DNA of 64,000 nucleotides, from positions 50,842,001 to 50,906,000 of the forward strand of contig CM052817.1 in NCBI GenBank assembly GCA_028534125.1, given 5' to 3'. The DNA comes from Lama glama (lineage: Eukaryota). The translations under genes and the position numbers were made by a program. Positions 13,640 to 27,105 of the stretch are shown here, piece by piece (within the stretch, counting starts at the first letter, position 1; each line of letters starts with the position of its first letter). The notes beneath the pieces are model-generated. The model had not been told where the DNA came from. It did not search any database and worked only from the letters and a program-made list of their open reading frames with translations.

Positions 13640-14035
13640 TGTATTAGCCAGCTTGGGCTGCCATAACTAAATAGCCCAGACAGAGTGGCCTAAACGACAG
13701 AAATTTATTTCACATGATTCTAGAGGCTGGGAAGTCCAAGACTAAGGTGCTGGCAAGGTAGGTTTCATTCTGAAGCCTGTTCTCTTGGTGTGTAGTCATC
13801 CATCATCTCATGGTGTGCCTACATGTACTCTTCTTTTTGCATCTAGAGATGGATACAGTGAGAACTATGCTGTCTCTTCTTATAAAGCTACAAGTCCTAT
13901 TGGATGAGGGCTCCATTCTTGTGACTCCATTTAACCTTAATTACCTCCTTATAAGTTCTGTCTCCAAACACTCTTACACTGGGGGTTATGCCTTCAACAC
14001 ATGAATGCTGGGGGGATACAATTCAATCCATGGCA
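13640..14035 (-). mobile_element. MaLR solo LTR (MLT1A-type)
   Basis: TG...CA ends. tgtattagccagcttgggctgccataac...ggaagtccaagactaagg. TSD ccctc/cccac (4 of 5 match). Confidence 0.9.
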
Positions 14036-14880
14036 CCCACCATGGGCATCTTCACAGACAGCTTTATATTTAAGTTGGAGTCATTTGACTGGTCCTTTTC
14101 AATAAACTAAGAGCAAAAATGATGTGTACGCTAAGGTAACTGGGACCCATTGCTTCATCTCTCTCCTATCCTGCTCAGGAACCTCAGGAACCATATAGTT
14201 CCAACGATGTAGTTCCAAGTTGCAGGAGAGGAATGGGTAGGTGTCATATACAGTAGAGCAGATTGTAAGAGAAAAACGTAGCATTGATATTCCCAAATTA
14301 GTTTCACTATGAAACCTCCTAGAGGCCATTATGTTTTTTTCTCATCTTTTTGAATCTATATAAAACTTACGTCACTTTCCCAGTTCATATATAAAATACA
14401 TTCTATCTGAGAGCAGGTATTTAAGAAAGCAGCAGATAGGGACACTAACTGAATATAGTAGACTGGTTATAATCCTATATTTGCCAGGACTTAATTCTGA
14501 CCTTTAACAAATCACTTAACTTCTGTGGACCTTGGTGTCCTCTTATAAAAAAAATATTGGCCAGATCGACTGGATGCCTCTATTCTATTTGAAATCCATT
14601 ACTATCACATAATGTAAAATTAGAGAAAACACACTTTTACCAAGGCATGGTAAAACATTAAAAGTACTCTAAGAATATTGTTTTCATCTTTTTTTCATAC
14701 TATTTTTATTCTCAAGATACAGCTCATAAATATCATGAGTATCAAACTCATTAATGAGGACAGAATCTGCATTGTTTCACTAAAATCTGCAACTTTAATT
14801 TTCTTTTCATAGAGTCTTTAAAAACTTTTAACAGTAAAAATGTCAAATTATGTGAAATAGTGCAAGATCATTTTATTGTC

Positions 14881-15228
14881 TGTATTAGCTCAGGCTCTCA
14901 TAACAGAATACCACAGATGGGGTGACTTAAAGAACAAATTTGTTGTCTCACAGTTCTGAGGCCTAGAAATCCAAGATCAATGTGTTGGTGAGTTTGGTTT
15001 CTGGTGAGACCTCTCTTCCTGGTTTAGGGATGATTACCTTTTCACTGTGTCCTCACATGCCCTTATCTCTCATTATATGAACACAAGTCCTACTGGATTA
15101 GGGCCTCGCTCTTATGACCTCATTTAACTTTGATGACTTTCTTGAAGGACCTATCTCCAAATACAATCACAAAAGGAGTCAAAGCTTCAACATATGAATT
15201 TTGGGGAGCAACAGTTCAGTCTATAACA
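14881..15228 (-). mobile_element. MaLR solo LTR (MLT1A-type)
   Basis: TG...CA ends. Perfect 5-bp TSD ttgtc (14876-14880 and 15229-15233). Visibly homologous to the 13640 copy. Confidence 0.9.
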
Positions 15229-15439
15229 TTGTCACATACAACCTTTTTCTTTTCAATAGTCTTCAGTGTCATAAATTTGATGAAATATGCTAAATTAATT
15301 AATCACAGATATTGACATCTGATATTTGGTATAGGAGTGCAAGACAAGTTTTAAATTCTCTATCATATACTTTAAATTATTCAAATGTAAATTATTATCA
15401 GACAAATTAAAGTTATTCCATTTTCGTCACATTAGTTTT

Positions 15440-15560
15440 CTTAGTTAATCATCTCTAAGCCTCAGTTTTTCACTTATGAAATGGGAATAAGATGCCTATA
15501 TCATAGAATATTATCTCTTAAGACAAATTGAAAGAGGTTCTTAACAAGTAATGAACATAT
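15440..15560 (+). mobile_element. MIR fragment
   Basis: ctctaagcctcagttttt...gaaatgggaataagatgccta is the MIR core. Confidence 0.6.
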
Positions 15561-17849
15561 TAAACACAGAAAAGATTTTTCTGCTGATTAAATTACATGT
15601 TAGTTTGAATTTAAGACATCTTGGTCTACAGCACACCAAGATGCTTCCCCCAAGCAACCAATAGTAAGAGAAGAGCTTAAACTTCTGAGGAAATATATCA
15701 CGTTTTCCAAGTTCAAGAGAAATATGGTTTCAAGATGCATTATTCTGTGTTTGCAGCATAAAATTTGAAACTGAAAATTTAAGATGACCAGAAAATAAAT
15801 TACTATTGACATTTTTGCATGCTCTGTGGAAGACTTGCATTTGTGGTCATCATCTGGGAGGCCCAGTAACAGCCATTGAAGCCACCAGTGGAAGTCAGTT
15901 TGCATGGCAGGCATGGTGGAGGGAGCAGTGTCAGGTAGTGCTGTAACTAACATGAAGTATATGAAATTAGGATACTTCAGAGGCAGGAAGATGTGTATTG
16001 TTACGAGCAAGTTCCAAACAGCCATGCCACTGTGAATAATAATATAAACTTTTTATTGTGATGGGAGATGTGAAATTATTGAGCAATAGCATATTTGACA
16101 ATAAAGAATATTAAAACTCACATACACACACAAAACTTTTGTCAAGAAGCCCCTTTGTCCTAAGAGTGGCCCCAGTGTTGAGCTTCCCATAGGACTTGGA
16201 AAGGAAACTGGAACTATGCTATTTAGTATTAAGAGAAAGAATAATCCCAATAGTTCTGGAGACTTGTCTACTTCTGGTTTACACTAATTACATATTCTCA
16301 TCCTTTCAACCTAGGCTTCTCAGCCTGGGTTTTATTCCATGTACTCGGTAGTTCATATCTGACAGGTATGCATACTGCTATCAAAAAGCGAGTAAGTGGG
16401 AAAGAGTTCTCAAAACTCAGATATTCTGATGCCTATTTCTCTGCTCTTTACACTAAAATAAGTGATGCCTTGTTCAGAAGTTTAGCTTCGTCAACAGCAA
16501 CAGATAGTCTTACAAGTTCTACTTATTTTTCTCTATCCTGAGCATAGATCATGTGGCCATAGAGTCATCTGACGTGTTCAATTCAACAAGATAGAGAGAT
16601 ACTTTAAAGGGGGTAACAAAGATAAACTCTTCACCCTGGGCTCACACGCACTGTGCTTTCTAGGCTGTCTATAGGATTATTAGCTGCTTGATTTTGACAG
16701 GCCTCAGTGAGATTCATATGCCTTACTGAGACACTGCTTTGCAATTTAATAGCAGCTCTTCCTACATCAGCCTTGCATTAAATAAGGACACGACAAGATT
16801 GGATAGCAGCCTTAGTGGCTTCACAATAATACTGAAATACCAAACCCAGGAGCATATATCTAGATATCTGGGGGGTTTGAGTGCTAATTTCAGATTCTTT
16901 ATTTTTATCAAAGAACCCTTACTTTTTTGAAGCAAATGTTAGTGGATTTTTAATAAATAATGTGTAAAGTACATATGTGTTGTATGCTTTACTTTTTAAA
17001 AACAAATGCAAAATCAGGGGATTCTCCTAAAGGTGCATAGAAAAAAAAAGGTAATTGCAAATGAAAGGGAATTTCTCTTGGTAATCATTGATAACCACTA
17101 AGTATACAGATAGAATGCATTTTATTTCTCCAAAAGATCAGAAATAGTAAATCTAACTAAGAATAATTAGAGTAAATAACATACTACTACACCTGTGCTT
17201 TCTGAATTTCTTTATTGCTCCATTTTGAAGTACATTATTCTTGGTCTACATACATGATGTATTTTAAAGAAATGTAGTTTTCAGACCTAATGCTTTATTT
17301 TGGGGGTATAAGTTTTAAAGATATCCCTTTAGAAATGATTTCACAAAATAGGAAAAGTGGCAAGAATTAGAATTACATAAAGAAAATGTCAAGTTGGAGT
17401 GTAGACTTGCAAAGGAAAACAAAAGGCTGAGGAATACTTGGTGGGCCAGCACAATGATTATCATAGAGTTAAATGATGGTTAAAAGCTGCAACAAACAAA
17501 AAATAAGTAAGTGATTCAGGAAAGTAAGACTGAACATACTGAAGATATAAATAAATGGGGATCCTGGAGTATTTTGGTTTTCCCATGACAAGTGAAAAAG
17601 GAAACGACAATTCTACATGCATAAAATAATTCAAACTACATGTAATTCAGAAATGCCTAAGTCCTTTTAGCTGTCTTAAGCTTTTACTCTGAAATTTTTG
17701 CAGATTTACATGTCACTAAACATGTCACCAAATTTATCACCAGATATTTTCTATTTCTAACAACACAGAAAACAATCTGGAGTTTACTATAAAATATTTT
17801 AAAACTATCTAAAATTGTGTTAAAGTATAAAGCATTTACTTAGGGGTCA

Positions 17850-18335
17850 CAGTGGTATACCTCCCAGCTTCCATGTAATCTCAGAAGGCTGTCTGTAGCC
17901 AGCCAAATACATGTCTTTTTTTCTTGTCAGTGACTGTGATAGGAATGGACATGTATTCTAGTTCTGTCCATGGAATCATAAATTAAAATAATGTTAGATG
18001 TTCCCAGAAAGATTTTCTCATTCCTCATAGAAAAACACAGAGATGGATGACTTCTTGATCATTAGGATATCGGATGCTTATATTTGGCCCTTACCCCCCA
18101 AAATAATGGCAGGCATTGGGCAACCACAAGGGAAAATAGAAGGTAATGATGAGAACATTATAATAGAAAGATGAAAAGGAACTAGGTCTTTGATGATATT
18201 ACTGAATTGCTGATCAAATTATATCTTGTAGGGGGGGTCTATGCTAAATTTGGGAACTTTGAGAAAATAGAATTTTTTGATGTTTTAGCTATTTTGAATT
18301 GTGATTCTGGGTATTCCTATTTAAAGCATCATAAT
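17850..18335 (+). mobile_element. Ancient MaLR LTR (MLT1J/K/L-like)
   Basis: Degenerate motifs ggacatgtattctagttctgtcca and gaaaaggaactaggtctttgatgatattactgaattgctga. Confidence 0.55.
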
Positions 18336-19629
18336 GTATAAAAGTAAATTTTAAATTTGAAAGTCAGCCAACTAATTCCTTACTTATAAAGACAATTGGG
18401 ATAAATACCTAAATTAAAATATATATAAAGTGTATATAAAATTATATATGTATCAAACTATATATATATATGAACCATTCTTATACTTAATCTGATTATT
18501 TTTGGAAGGTTTTTCTCAAAGTCGAATAATAGCAAAGATGATCCTACCTAAAATTGCCTCCTCTCCTTGAATGTCCTCTGCTATCTGATCTATCCAGATT
18601 TTTTTTGGAGGGGTGAAGGCTGTTTGCTGTTTGTTAATTCTTTTATTGGCGCTGTCTGTATCCACACTTGAACCTATTTCCCATCCATTTCAGTAGTTCT
18701 CTGCTCCTTCTACCTGTGCTGTCCTTGTAAATCAGTAGCTTTGTGTAAGACAAAAGCTTTCCTCAGACCTGAATAGATTGTCACTAGTATGTTGTTCGTT
18801 TTATTATTTATTTATTGTGGGAAAAATTTATAATAAATATATCCAACTGAGTTTTACTTGATTATAGTTTAGTAGTCAAATAAGACTACTCATCATCATG
18901 GGAGAACATTCTTTAATTTAATCAATTTTAGGGAATTAATGATCTGTCTGTACATGGAAAGAGGGATATCTATCACAAGGCACATTTTCCCAGGAGGTCT
19001 CAGGGTGATTCTGTGAAGCTGAGCACATTATTCCATTAATTTACATTTTCAATTTCCTCATGGTACATATTAAAGATGGTTTTGTTTGGGAAGATGTAAA
19101 ACATGAGAAAGTGCTTTAAGAGGTTTTTGTTGTTCTAGGTTAATGGCCCAATTAACTTTAGTTATACCTGCTTTCTTACTCAAGCAATTGGGAAACAGGG
19201 ACTATTAGGGACTTTGTTAATATCATGCCACGTTTTATAACAGTTTATTTTAATCTATTGCCATTAATCTATTGTAGTTGAAAAAAAAGTCATCTTTTTC
19301 CTTCATGTATAACAGGCTGTACTTCTGGCATTTATGTGTATATACAGGATTAGATTTGTTGGCAAGTTGAGAATAGAAATGAACTAAGAACTGGAATTCC
19401 TTTCTGTTGTTAAACCAAAAACAATGATAAACCAACAAAATAAATACTTACCTACAAATTACAGGAACAAGAAATAATGTATTGTTTATGCAATAAATGA
19501 AACAGAATTCATAATTTAATCTCTAAGCTAAAAGAAATGATTTTACATAATACAAGCCACAACTTGTGTGACACCTCTGTAAATATATTTTTTTTTATAA
19601 CCACTAATATTTAGAAATTGGTTTTAGTA

Positions 19630-19926
19630 CAGGTCTGAAATCCTTTCAAAACAAAAATGAGATGTACTTCAGAATTTCTTTTTTTTTTTTTAGCAAAGAT
19701 AAGATATTGGATAAGTTTATTGTGTAACACTCCCATCAGAATCTGGGGCAGCACCCCATAATGATTCATATTTATGCAGTGAAAGATATGAATATTTGCA
19801 ATATGTGGGACTATAAATAGCCTCTTTTCACTTCAGATCAGCATTTGTCATCAAAATGTTTATTGTAAACATAGGAAAAAAATCTTTCCATTTTCAGAGA
19901 GATTTTGAGAATGGGATTGTGACTTG
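19630..19926. mobile_element. MER46C-like TcMar-Tigger non-autonomous DNA transposon
   Basis: TA then caggtc... at the left end and gggattgtgacttg at the right end. Internal tctggggcagcaccccataat and gactataaatagcctc. Confidence 0.75.
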
Positions 19927-20774
19927 GAATTAAAAATCTGTATTTAGTTTAGCATGCATCTCATAATAGATTAATAGATGTTTGCCAAATGCATCTGGGA
20001 TGGGAACTAATTAAGAACATTTTTAGTATTATAATGAGGAAACACAGGACTTGAAGTTGGAAGATTTTTTTTCTTCTAGTCTTATGTCTGTTACTAAATT
20101 CCTCTGGGTATTGACAGGTCATATTTATTTGGGCTTTGAATTAATATAATTTTGACAATGAGATGGGAAATAACAGATTTGGGCATATTTCTGTTCTAGA
20201 TATTGTACATATAAATATTATAGATCTGGTAATTCTGAAAATGTATTGTGTTTCTATCACATGACAGGCAAACTTTGATGATAATGTTGACTCTTTGAAA
20301 ACTATGATCTTGACTAAGAAATTTTTAATAAAATCTAAAGGAAATAAAATGGATAATTTGCAAGAAATTATTATCTTGCTTTTCTAATCCCACCACATTT
20401 AAATAGAATCTGTGTCAGTACTAAATTTCCTCAGGAGTTTTAGATTGGCCTTTACACTTTTTTAGTCTTTCCATTAAACCTGGGGAGTTTATTTCTTTGC
20501 CCAGAAAATATGGAAACTATTGTATTGATAGAATAGTCACTTTGGTCAATATTGAAGAATGAGAAAGAGAGACAATTAAAAAATCATTTCTTCAGAATAA
20601 AAATAACTAAAACCAAAGTCAAGTTTGAAGAAACTCTAGAATAAGCAAACTTGGTTTGTTGTGCTTTTATCTACTTTCGTATTTTAGCTTAATAACCTCA
20701 TTTCAAAGTGTGTATCTTCTTTCATGGTCATTGACAGCCTACACTTACTCTAAAAGAATTTGAGAATATGTCTT

Positions 20775-21170
20775 TTCTTTTGCTGTGGTAAAATATACGT
20801 AATAAAATTTATCATTTAACTATTTGGGGAGAGTTTTATCTGTGACCTTAAGCACATTTACCATTGCTGTGTGTCTGTCACCACCATCCATTATCAGATT
20901 TTTTTCATCTACCCAAACTGAGTGTCTGCATCCCTTAAACAATAACTTCCTATCACGTTCTCATCCCAGCTCCTGGCAGCCATCATTCCACATTCAGTGT
21001 CTATGAATTTGACTACTCTAGGTCCATCACGAAGATAGAATCATACAATTTTTGTCCTTTTGTGCCTACCTTACCATCACTTAACATACTGTCTTAAAGA
21101 TTAATCTGTATTGTAGCATATGTCAGACTTTTATTCCTTTTTAAGACAAAATAATATTCCATTATATAAA
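20775..21170 (-). mobile_element. L1MB-type 3'UTR fragment
   Basis: tgtggtaaaatatacgtaataaaatttatcattt...tctatgaatttgactactctagg...ataatattccatt. Confidence 0.85.
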
Positions 21171-22559
21171 GTATGCCTTTTATGTAAATAATCTGCCTCT
21201 ATGTTTTTGTTTAGTGCTTGTGGTGGTACAGTAGCCTTTTATGGTGCAGTATTGTTAGTGCATGTGCTTGTGCTCTCAAGGTCATGAAAATCAATGACAG
21301 TATTTCCTCTTGACCTGGCAAGATACATCCATCCTATTCTAAACCAACACCAAAGCATAAAACCAGAAAGTGACGTGATCCACACATAAATGAAATCATT
21401 AAGTGTTAACCACAGATAAAAACAAAATAACGATTTACTATTTATGGGGTAGGTCAAAATATTTAGTTGGGAATTAACAATTCAGTTTAATAACCAAACT
21501 ATTTTAGAGATGATATTTGACTTTTATTTTTACAAGGTTATTAAAATTTCCTGCTGACTTTATTATCAATCATCAAAAGTTCTGGAGTTTTAACAGACAT
21601 TTTCTTGCTCCTATATGTATCTCTCTCTGTGCTCAGTTGACACCCAAGATGAAAGTCCCTAAGAAAGGCCCAAATATTGTCTGCATATTAAGTTTTATAT
21701 ATTCTTATTAATTTAGTGGATCTTTACTAGTTTTTAGCCAAGTAAATAGATTTCATATTCCTCCAAGTTATATTTTAAGTTTGCATGTTGTGTGAGTACA
21801 GAGGCCAAGGAATGTCAATATCAAGTAAATGGCATCGACAGTTTTTGATCAAACTAAGCTTTTTGTAGGACCTGCATTTTCAAATCTTCCTATTTCTGCT
21901 ACATTATTATGTTCAAAAGAACTTTGATCATATTTTATAGGCATTTTATTTACATACTTATATCAATAATGAAAATACTTTGAGAACCAAATTTAAATTC
22001 CACAGTGAGTGCAGACTGAAAGGGTTAAAAACTGGTATGAGCTCCGATTTGAAGTAATTAATTTAGTAATTGTCAGGGATGAATAAGTAGAGCATGGGAA
22101 AAATATTCATTATGTGCATAAAGGAAGCTCTGGGTTCCCAATTAACATTAAAGCAGCATCAGCATAAAATGAGCATTAATATTCCACGGTGTAATTGGCA
22201 AACTTGGTGGTATGATGTTTTTGTTTGTTTGCTTCTTTTCCGCACTTTAGCTATTCTCAGGAAGGTGCTGTTATTCCTGGCTGACTGGGAGGGAACACGG
22301 TTTTTGCTATGTTCTACTCCTACTCCTACTAGTAGCCACAGGCTTTTATTATCTACTTAATATAATCCATGCTGAACACCTTCTGTGGATTATCTTGTTC
22401 AGTCTTCAGCATAGTCCTATGAAATAAATAGTGTTTTTATATTCATTTTGCAAATAGGATTTTGTATGTCTTTTGTAAGGGCATCAGACAGATGGCTATG
22501 TCAACATGTATAATTTCTATCAGGAACTCTTCTGTCACTCATACTTTTTATTATGTTTG

Positions 22560-22710
22560 ACATGTTCCAAATACTTTTATGTGCATTGTCTCAACATCAA
22601 CAAATAAATCCTGTGTAACAGTTATAATCTGGATTTCAGATGAGGGAACCCAGACTCAGAAAATTAATTAAGTTGCTACAATGACAAAATTAGGAAGTAA
22701 TTCACTTCTC
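22560..22710 (-). mobile_element. MIR fragment
   Basis: cagatgagggaacccagactcagaaaattaattaagttgc resembles the MIR core in antisense. Confidence 0.55.
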
Positions 22711-22869
22711 AAATAAACACACCTCTCTTTCTATTATTTAATGCCTCAAATATTAGTTTTTATTTGAAAAGACACAAAGTAAAGCAAATTTTGTGTAACC
22801 TAGTGATTGATTGAGTGCCACACGTTTTTCTAACTTCGGACTGATTATACACAGGTAAAATTGAGGTTC

Positions 22870-23050
22870 AGAATGAAAGACTGTGGTCCAGTTTATTCCT
22901 AAAAATTAAGAAATCTGACCACATAATAGCAACCAGATGGAACTGAACAGGGCTGCCTCCTCAGAAGGGACATGAGCTGTTGCGTTCACAGTCATGAACA
23001 CTGGGCTACTGCACTTACTAACTTACCTGCATCTGAGTTTATTTGAATCT
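22870..23050. mobile_element. MER102-like hAT fragment
   Basis: gcaaccagatggaactgaacagggctgcctcctcagaagggacatg...ttacctgcatctgagttt. Confidence 0.5.
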
Positions 23051-23237
23051 TATATAGTTGAATCATTGTGTCAGAAGAAACTCTCTCTCTACCAGATTGT
23101 ACACTATTTTTAAATTTGGAACATGAATCTCTGTACCCTTCCATTTATGAAAGTCCTACTAAACTCTTAAGACACAAGTTGGGCCCTTCTCCATGAAGAT
23201 GTCTTCACAGATAATTTTAGCACGTTGTAATGCCTGC

Positions 23238-23809
23238 TTGATCCAAACCCCCCATTACAGCCAAAATTACACTGGAAAGTGTTAAATGGGGAAGGGAGAC
23301 TTTATTCAAGGCTGCAATAGGAGAAAGAGATGAGAACACAGTCTGAGCTCAACTCCACTAGACAAAAGACAGAGGTTGAGCTACTGCAAAAGTACTGGAG
23401 AATAGTAGGAGAGAGAAAGACCATTGGGACGTGTGGATACCATTGGGTTAGTTCTGGTTTTGCAAATGCTTTCCTCTCTGATTATGCTGTCTGTGTTTGT
23501 TCATGGCACTGGCCCATGCATTGAAGATCTCTACTATTTCACAGAGATTGGGAGATAGGGGGTCTATCTTCTTTGGTGATTATATTTCAAAGAGATGGTT
23601 CCTAGGTCCTTGAGAAAGATATAGTTGGGTTGTAGATCAGACAAGAGACTTTTAAAGAGGTTTGTATCTCAAAGGGGTAAAAAAGGAACTTACTGTTATA
23701 CATTTTCTAAGTTAAATACTCTAAGAAAAGGGAGATCAAATGCATAGAGTTAGAGAGAAGACTTTAAAGATTAGTCAAGCTGAAGAGAACATTAAGGCAG
23801 TCTTGTTCA
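23238..23809 (-). mobile_element. Solo LTR, ERV1-like
   Basis: About 570 bp, tgatcc...gttca. gactttattcaagg gives AATAAA on the minus strand. Internal tctgagctcaactcc and atttcaaagagatggttcctaggtccttgagaaaga. No clear TSD. Confidence 0.65.
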
Positions 23810-23889
23810 CCCCATATAACTACTTGTGGCAGTGACTGACAATGATTGGTCAATGTCTGCTGCTCCCTTTTTTTCCTTTAGTAATTAGA

Positions 23890-24172
23890 ATTCAGTTTGA
23901 TGCTAGGCCAGGACTGAGCTGGTAACGACAACATATCCCAGCCCTGTTGCCAGTAAGTAAGAAAAACCTAATTCTGGACAATGAGAAGTGAGTGGACATA
24001 AGGTGTGCTACCTCCAGAAAGGAAAAAGGCTTGCCGTCTCTTTTGCCTTCTCCAAGCCCTGCTGTATGGAATGTGGACAGGAGAGTAGAAGTTGGAACAG
24101 ACATTGTAGTTTACGACACAAAAGTTACGTGTTGTGGATGACAGATTGAGATGATAGAAGGATACTGAGTCC
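23890..24172 (+). mobile_element. Ancient MaLR LTR (MLT1J-like), 5' part; the 3' part resumes at about 25100-25190
   Basis: ttctggacaatgagaagtgagtggaca...ggaatgtggac...agaaggatactgagtcc. The tail aaacttatatatttttaagcagctgtatg...tttgttaca follows the nested inserts. Confidence 0.5.
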
Positions 24173-25095
24173 TGTTAAAATATAACGCTTTGAAGGTAAA
24201 ATCATGACCCTTCTACAGATATACAAATCAACATGTACTTATGATTTTATTTAAATCATTAATGAGGAAACTGGTAAAGTGTTAATAGTTCAAAGTATTA
24301 CACAGTCCAAACTCATACTGCTCGCCACACTACAGATCAGTGAATTGAAAGACAAGTTGTTGGGCAAGGAATAGCTACTTTATTCGGAAAGCCAGCAGAC
24401 CAAGAAGATGGAGGGCTAATATCCCAAAGAACTGTCTTCTCTGAGTTAGAATTCAGGCTTTTTTTATACTAAAAGGGGTAAGGCAGTGTGGTTAGTTGTT
24501 ACAAACTTCTTGGTGTCAGAATCCTTTGTTCTTACAGCTATCCACATAGGTCAGGTCATCATGTTCCTGTATATCTCCAACAAGACAAAGCTTATTCTCT
24601 GTTCTGCAGCTTTTTGTTTTTATAACAATGGAAAAGTGTTATAATTTTAAAGGTTAGAGCCTTGAGAATGGGCTATCCTGTATATTTCAGGCTACAGGCA
24701 ACATTTTTAACTTGTAGTAAAAACAATAGAATACACAGGTTAAAGTAAAAGAAATAGTTGCAATATGGAGTCAGATTGTTCTTCCCTATTACAAAAGGAG
24801 AATCTGAACAACAGAACATTTATAAATCCGGAGTATTATAGTTAATGTGAAAATAGGGGCAAAAGTAGGAGAGGATAGTTTATCTCTTCACACCAAATAC
24901 ATCTGTATATGTATAGAGAAGCATCATTTTATACTGTTGTCAATTATCTACAATTAAAAGAGCTGTAAAATAGCTCCTACAGAATCAGTTATCAAATCAC
25001 TCTGAAGGGTACACTGCAGACAATGCATAGTTTTCCCTTGAGTACTTTTCCCCCCTCTTTTTCCTTACAGCCCCCAACTTTGTTCAGCTGCCACA
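24173..25095. mobile_element. Older LTR-like element interrupted by a younger LTR
   Basis: Starts tgttaaaa at the break in the MaLR and is split at 24296-24793. The right boundary is uncertain. Confidence 0.4.
24296..24793 (-). mobile_element. Solo LTR, ERV1-like
   Basis: 498 bp, tatta...taca. Perfect 4-bp TSD aaag (24292-24295 and 24794-24797). actttattcgg gives AATAAA and ttttatac gives a TATA box, both on the minus strand. Confidence 0.8.
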
Positions 25096-26140
25096 TCATT
25101 CTTGGGATGCTTAGGCAGTTATATGAGAGGAATGTAAACTTATATATTTTTAAGCAGCTGTATGTTTTGTTTGTTACATATTTACCCTTTGATACAGTGG
25201 CCAGACCTTAAGCTAAATATGATTCACTGGTTATTAAATGTACATTATCATGAAATATCTCATTATAGTCTTTTTAAAAAATCATGTGAATGAGGGTAAA
25301 ATGTCTTATACTTTCTTGACTCCCTCTCATTCCAATTATTTTGACTCACCATAGAGATATTCTACAAATATTAGTAGATTGATTATTTAGAACCTAATTT
25401 GACATTATTCTAAAAAAAATGTGTGAGCAGCAAGATTGAAATATTTAATTCCACCTTCTGTGAAATAAGCTTATAAAGGGAATCTAGGCTTTCAATTATT
25501 TAAAAATGGAAGATATCAGCATAACTGCTCCCCATCTAATGCTAATATGAACTGTAGTAGTGCTTTGAGCCTTGAAAATTTTCCATAAAAGAAGATTTTA
25601 GATATCTCTTCATAGCAAAGCACCTGGAACAGAGTTGGAGGAGAATCTCAAAAATAATTTACCACTGCTTCTTCTAAGTCTCAAATTATGAAGTAAAATT
25701 GAAGTGCTAATGTTTTTCAGAAATCAAATATACATGTTATGATATTTGCTTTGTGTCATTGAGTACAATGTATATGTTGGTAATTAAACTGTATCTAACC
25801 CAGAAGTATTCTTTTTACCACTAAAATTGTAAGTGAATCTACTATTTCACCAAAACTTCTACTTGAGAGGCTAGTAGAAGTCTAATTAATTCATTTGTAT
25901 TTTCCCACCTTCAATCCACATCAAGTAATCCTATAATTAGAGTGAATGCACAAGAAGATTTTTAATTCAAGACATACTGTTCATTTTCCAGAAGTAATTT
26001 AGAAATTATCTAATATGTAATAATGATGTAACAACTACTAATAACAGCATTATTAATAGCTAACTTACTACTTACCCAGTACCTTGCAAAGAATTCATGT
26101 GGGTTATAAACCTCACCACAAATATTCATGTATTTATTTT

Positions 26141-27105
26141 AAAAAATGGGTAGATCTAAATAGACATTTCTCCAAAGAAGACATCCAGATGGTAAATAAG
26201 TATATGAAAAGATGCTCAGTTTCACTAATTATTAGAGAAGTGCAAATCCAATTTACAATGAGTTATCACCTCACACCAGTCATAATGGCCATCAATAAAA
26301 AGTCTACAAATAATAAATGTCGAAAAGGGTGTGGAGAAAAAGAAACTCTTCTGCACTTTTGGGGGGAATGTAAATAGGTGCAGCCATTATGGAGAACAGT
26401 ATGGAGGTTCCTTAAAAAACTAAAAATAGGTATCATATGATCCAACAATCCCACTCTTGGGCATATATTTGGAGAACACTCTTATCCAAAAAGACACATG
26501 CACCCCAATGTTCATAGTAGCACTATTTACAATAGCAAAGACATAGAAACAACCTAAATGTCCATGGATAGATGAATGGATAAAGAGGATGTGGTGTGTG
26601 TGTGTATACAGATATATATCTAAAAATATATATAATGGAATATATATATATAATAGATTACTACTCAGGCATAAAAAGGAATAAAGTAGTGTCATATGCA
26701 GCAACATGAATGGATGTAGTAATTGTCATTCTAAGTGAAATAAGCCAGAAAGAGAAAGAAAAATACCACAAATGAACTTATTTACAAAACATTAAAAGAC
26801 ACAAATGAACTTATTTACAATACAAACACTCACAGACATAGAGTACAAATTTATGGTTACCAGAGGGAAAGGAGGTTGGAAAGGATAAATTGGGAGTTTG
26901 AGATTTGCAGATACTAACTACTATATATAAAATAAACAACAATTTCTTCTGTATAGCACGGAGAACTATATTCAATATCTTGTAGTAGCCTATAATAAAA
27001 ATAGTACGAAAAGGAATATATATGTATATGTATGATTGAAATATTATGCAGTATACCAGGAATTGACACAACATTGTAAACTGACTATAATTCAATTAAA
27101 AAAAA
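26141..27105 (+). mobile_element. Young L1: ORF2 C-terminus, 3'UTR and poly(A)
   Basis: Translates to [32 protein letters not shown]...LLHFWGECK, the L1 ORF2 C-terminal region. The 3' end matches the 1.5 kb and 54.9 kb copies. Confidence 0.95.

Noticed and set aside
15600..16025. 141-aa minus-strand ORF, the longest gap-free ORF
   Set aside because: No recognisable domain or exon structure; consistent with a chance ORF in AT-rich DNA.
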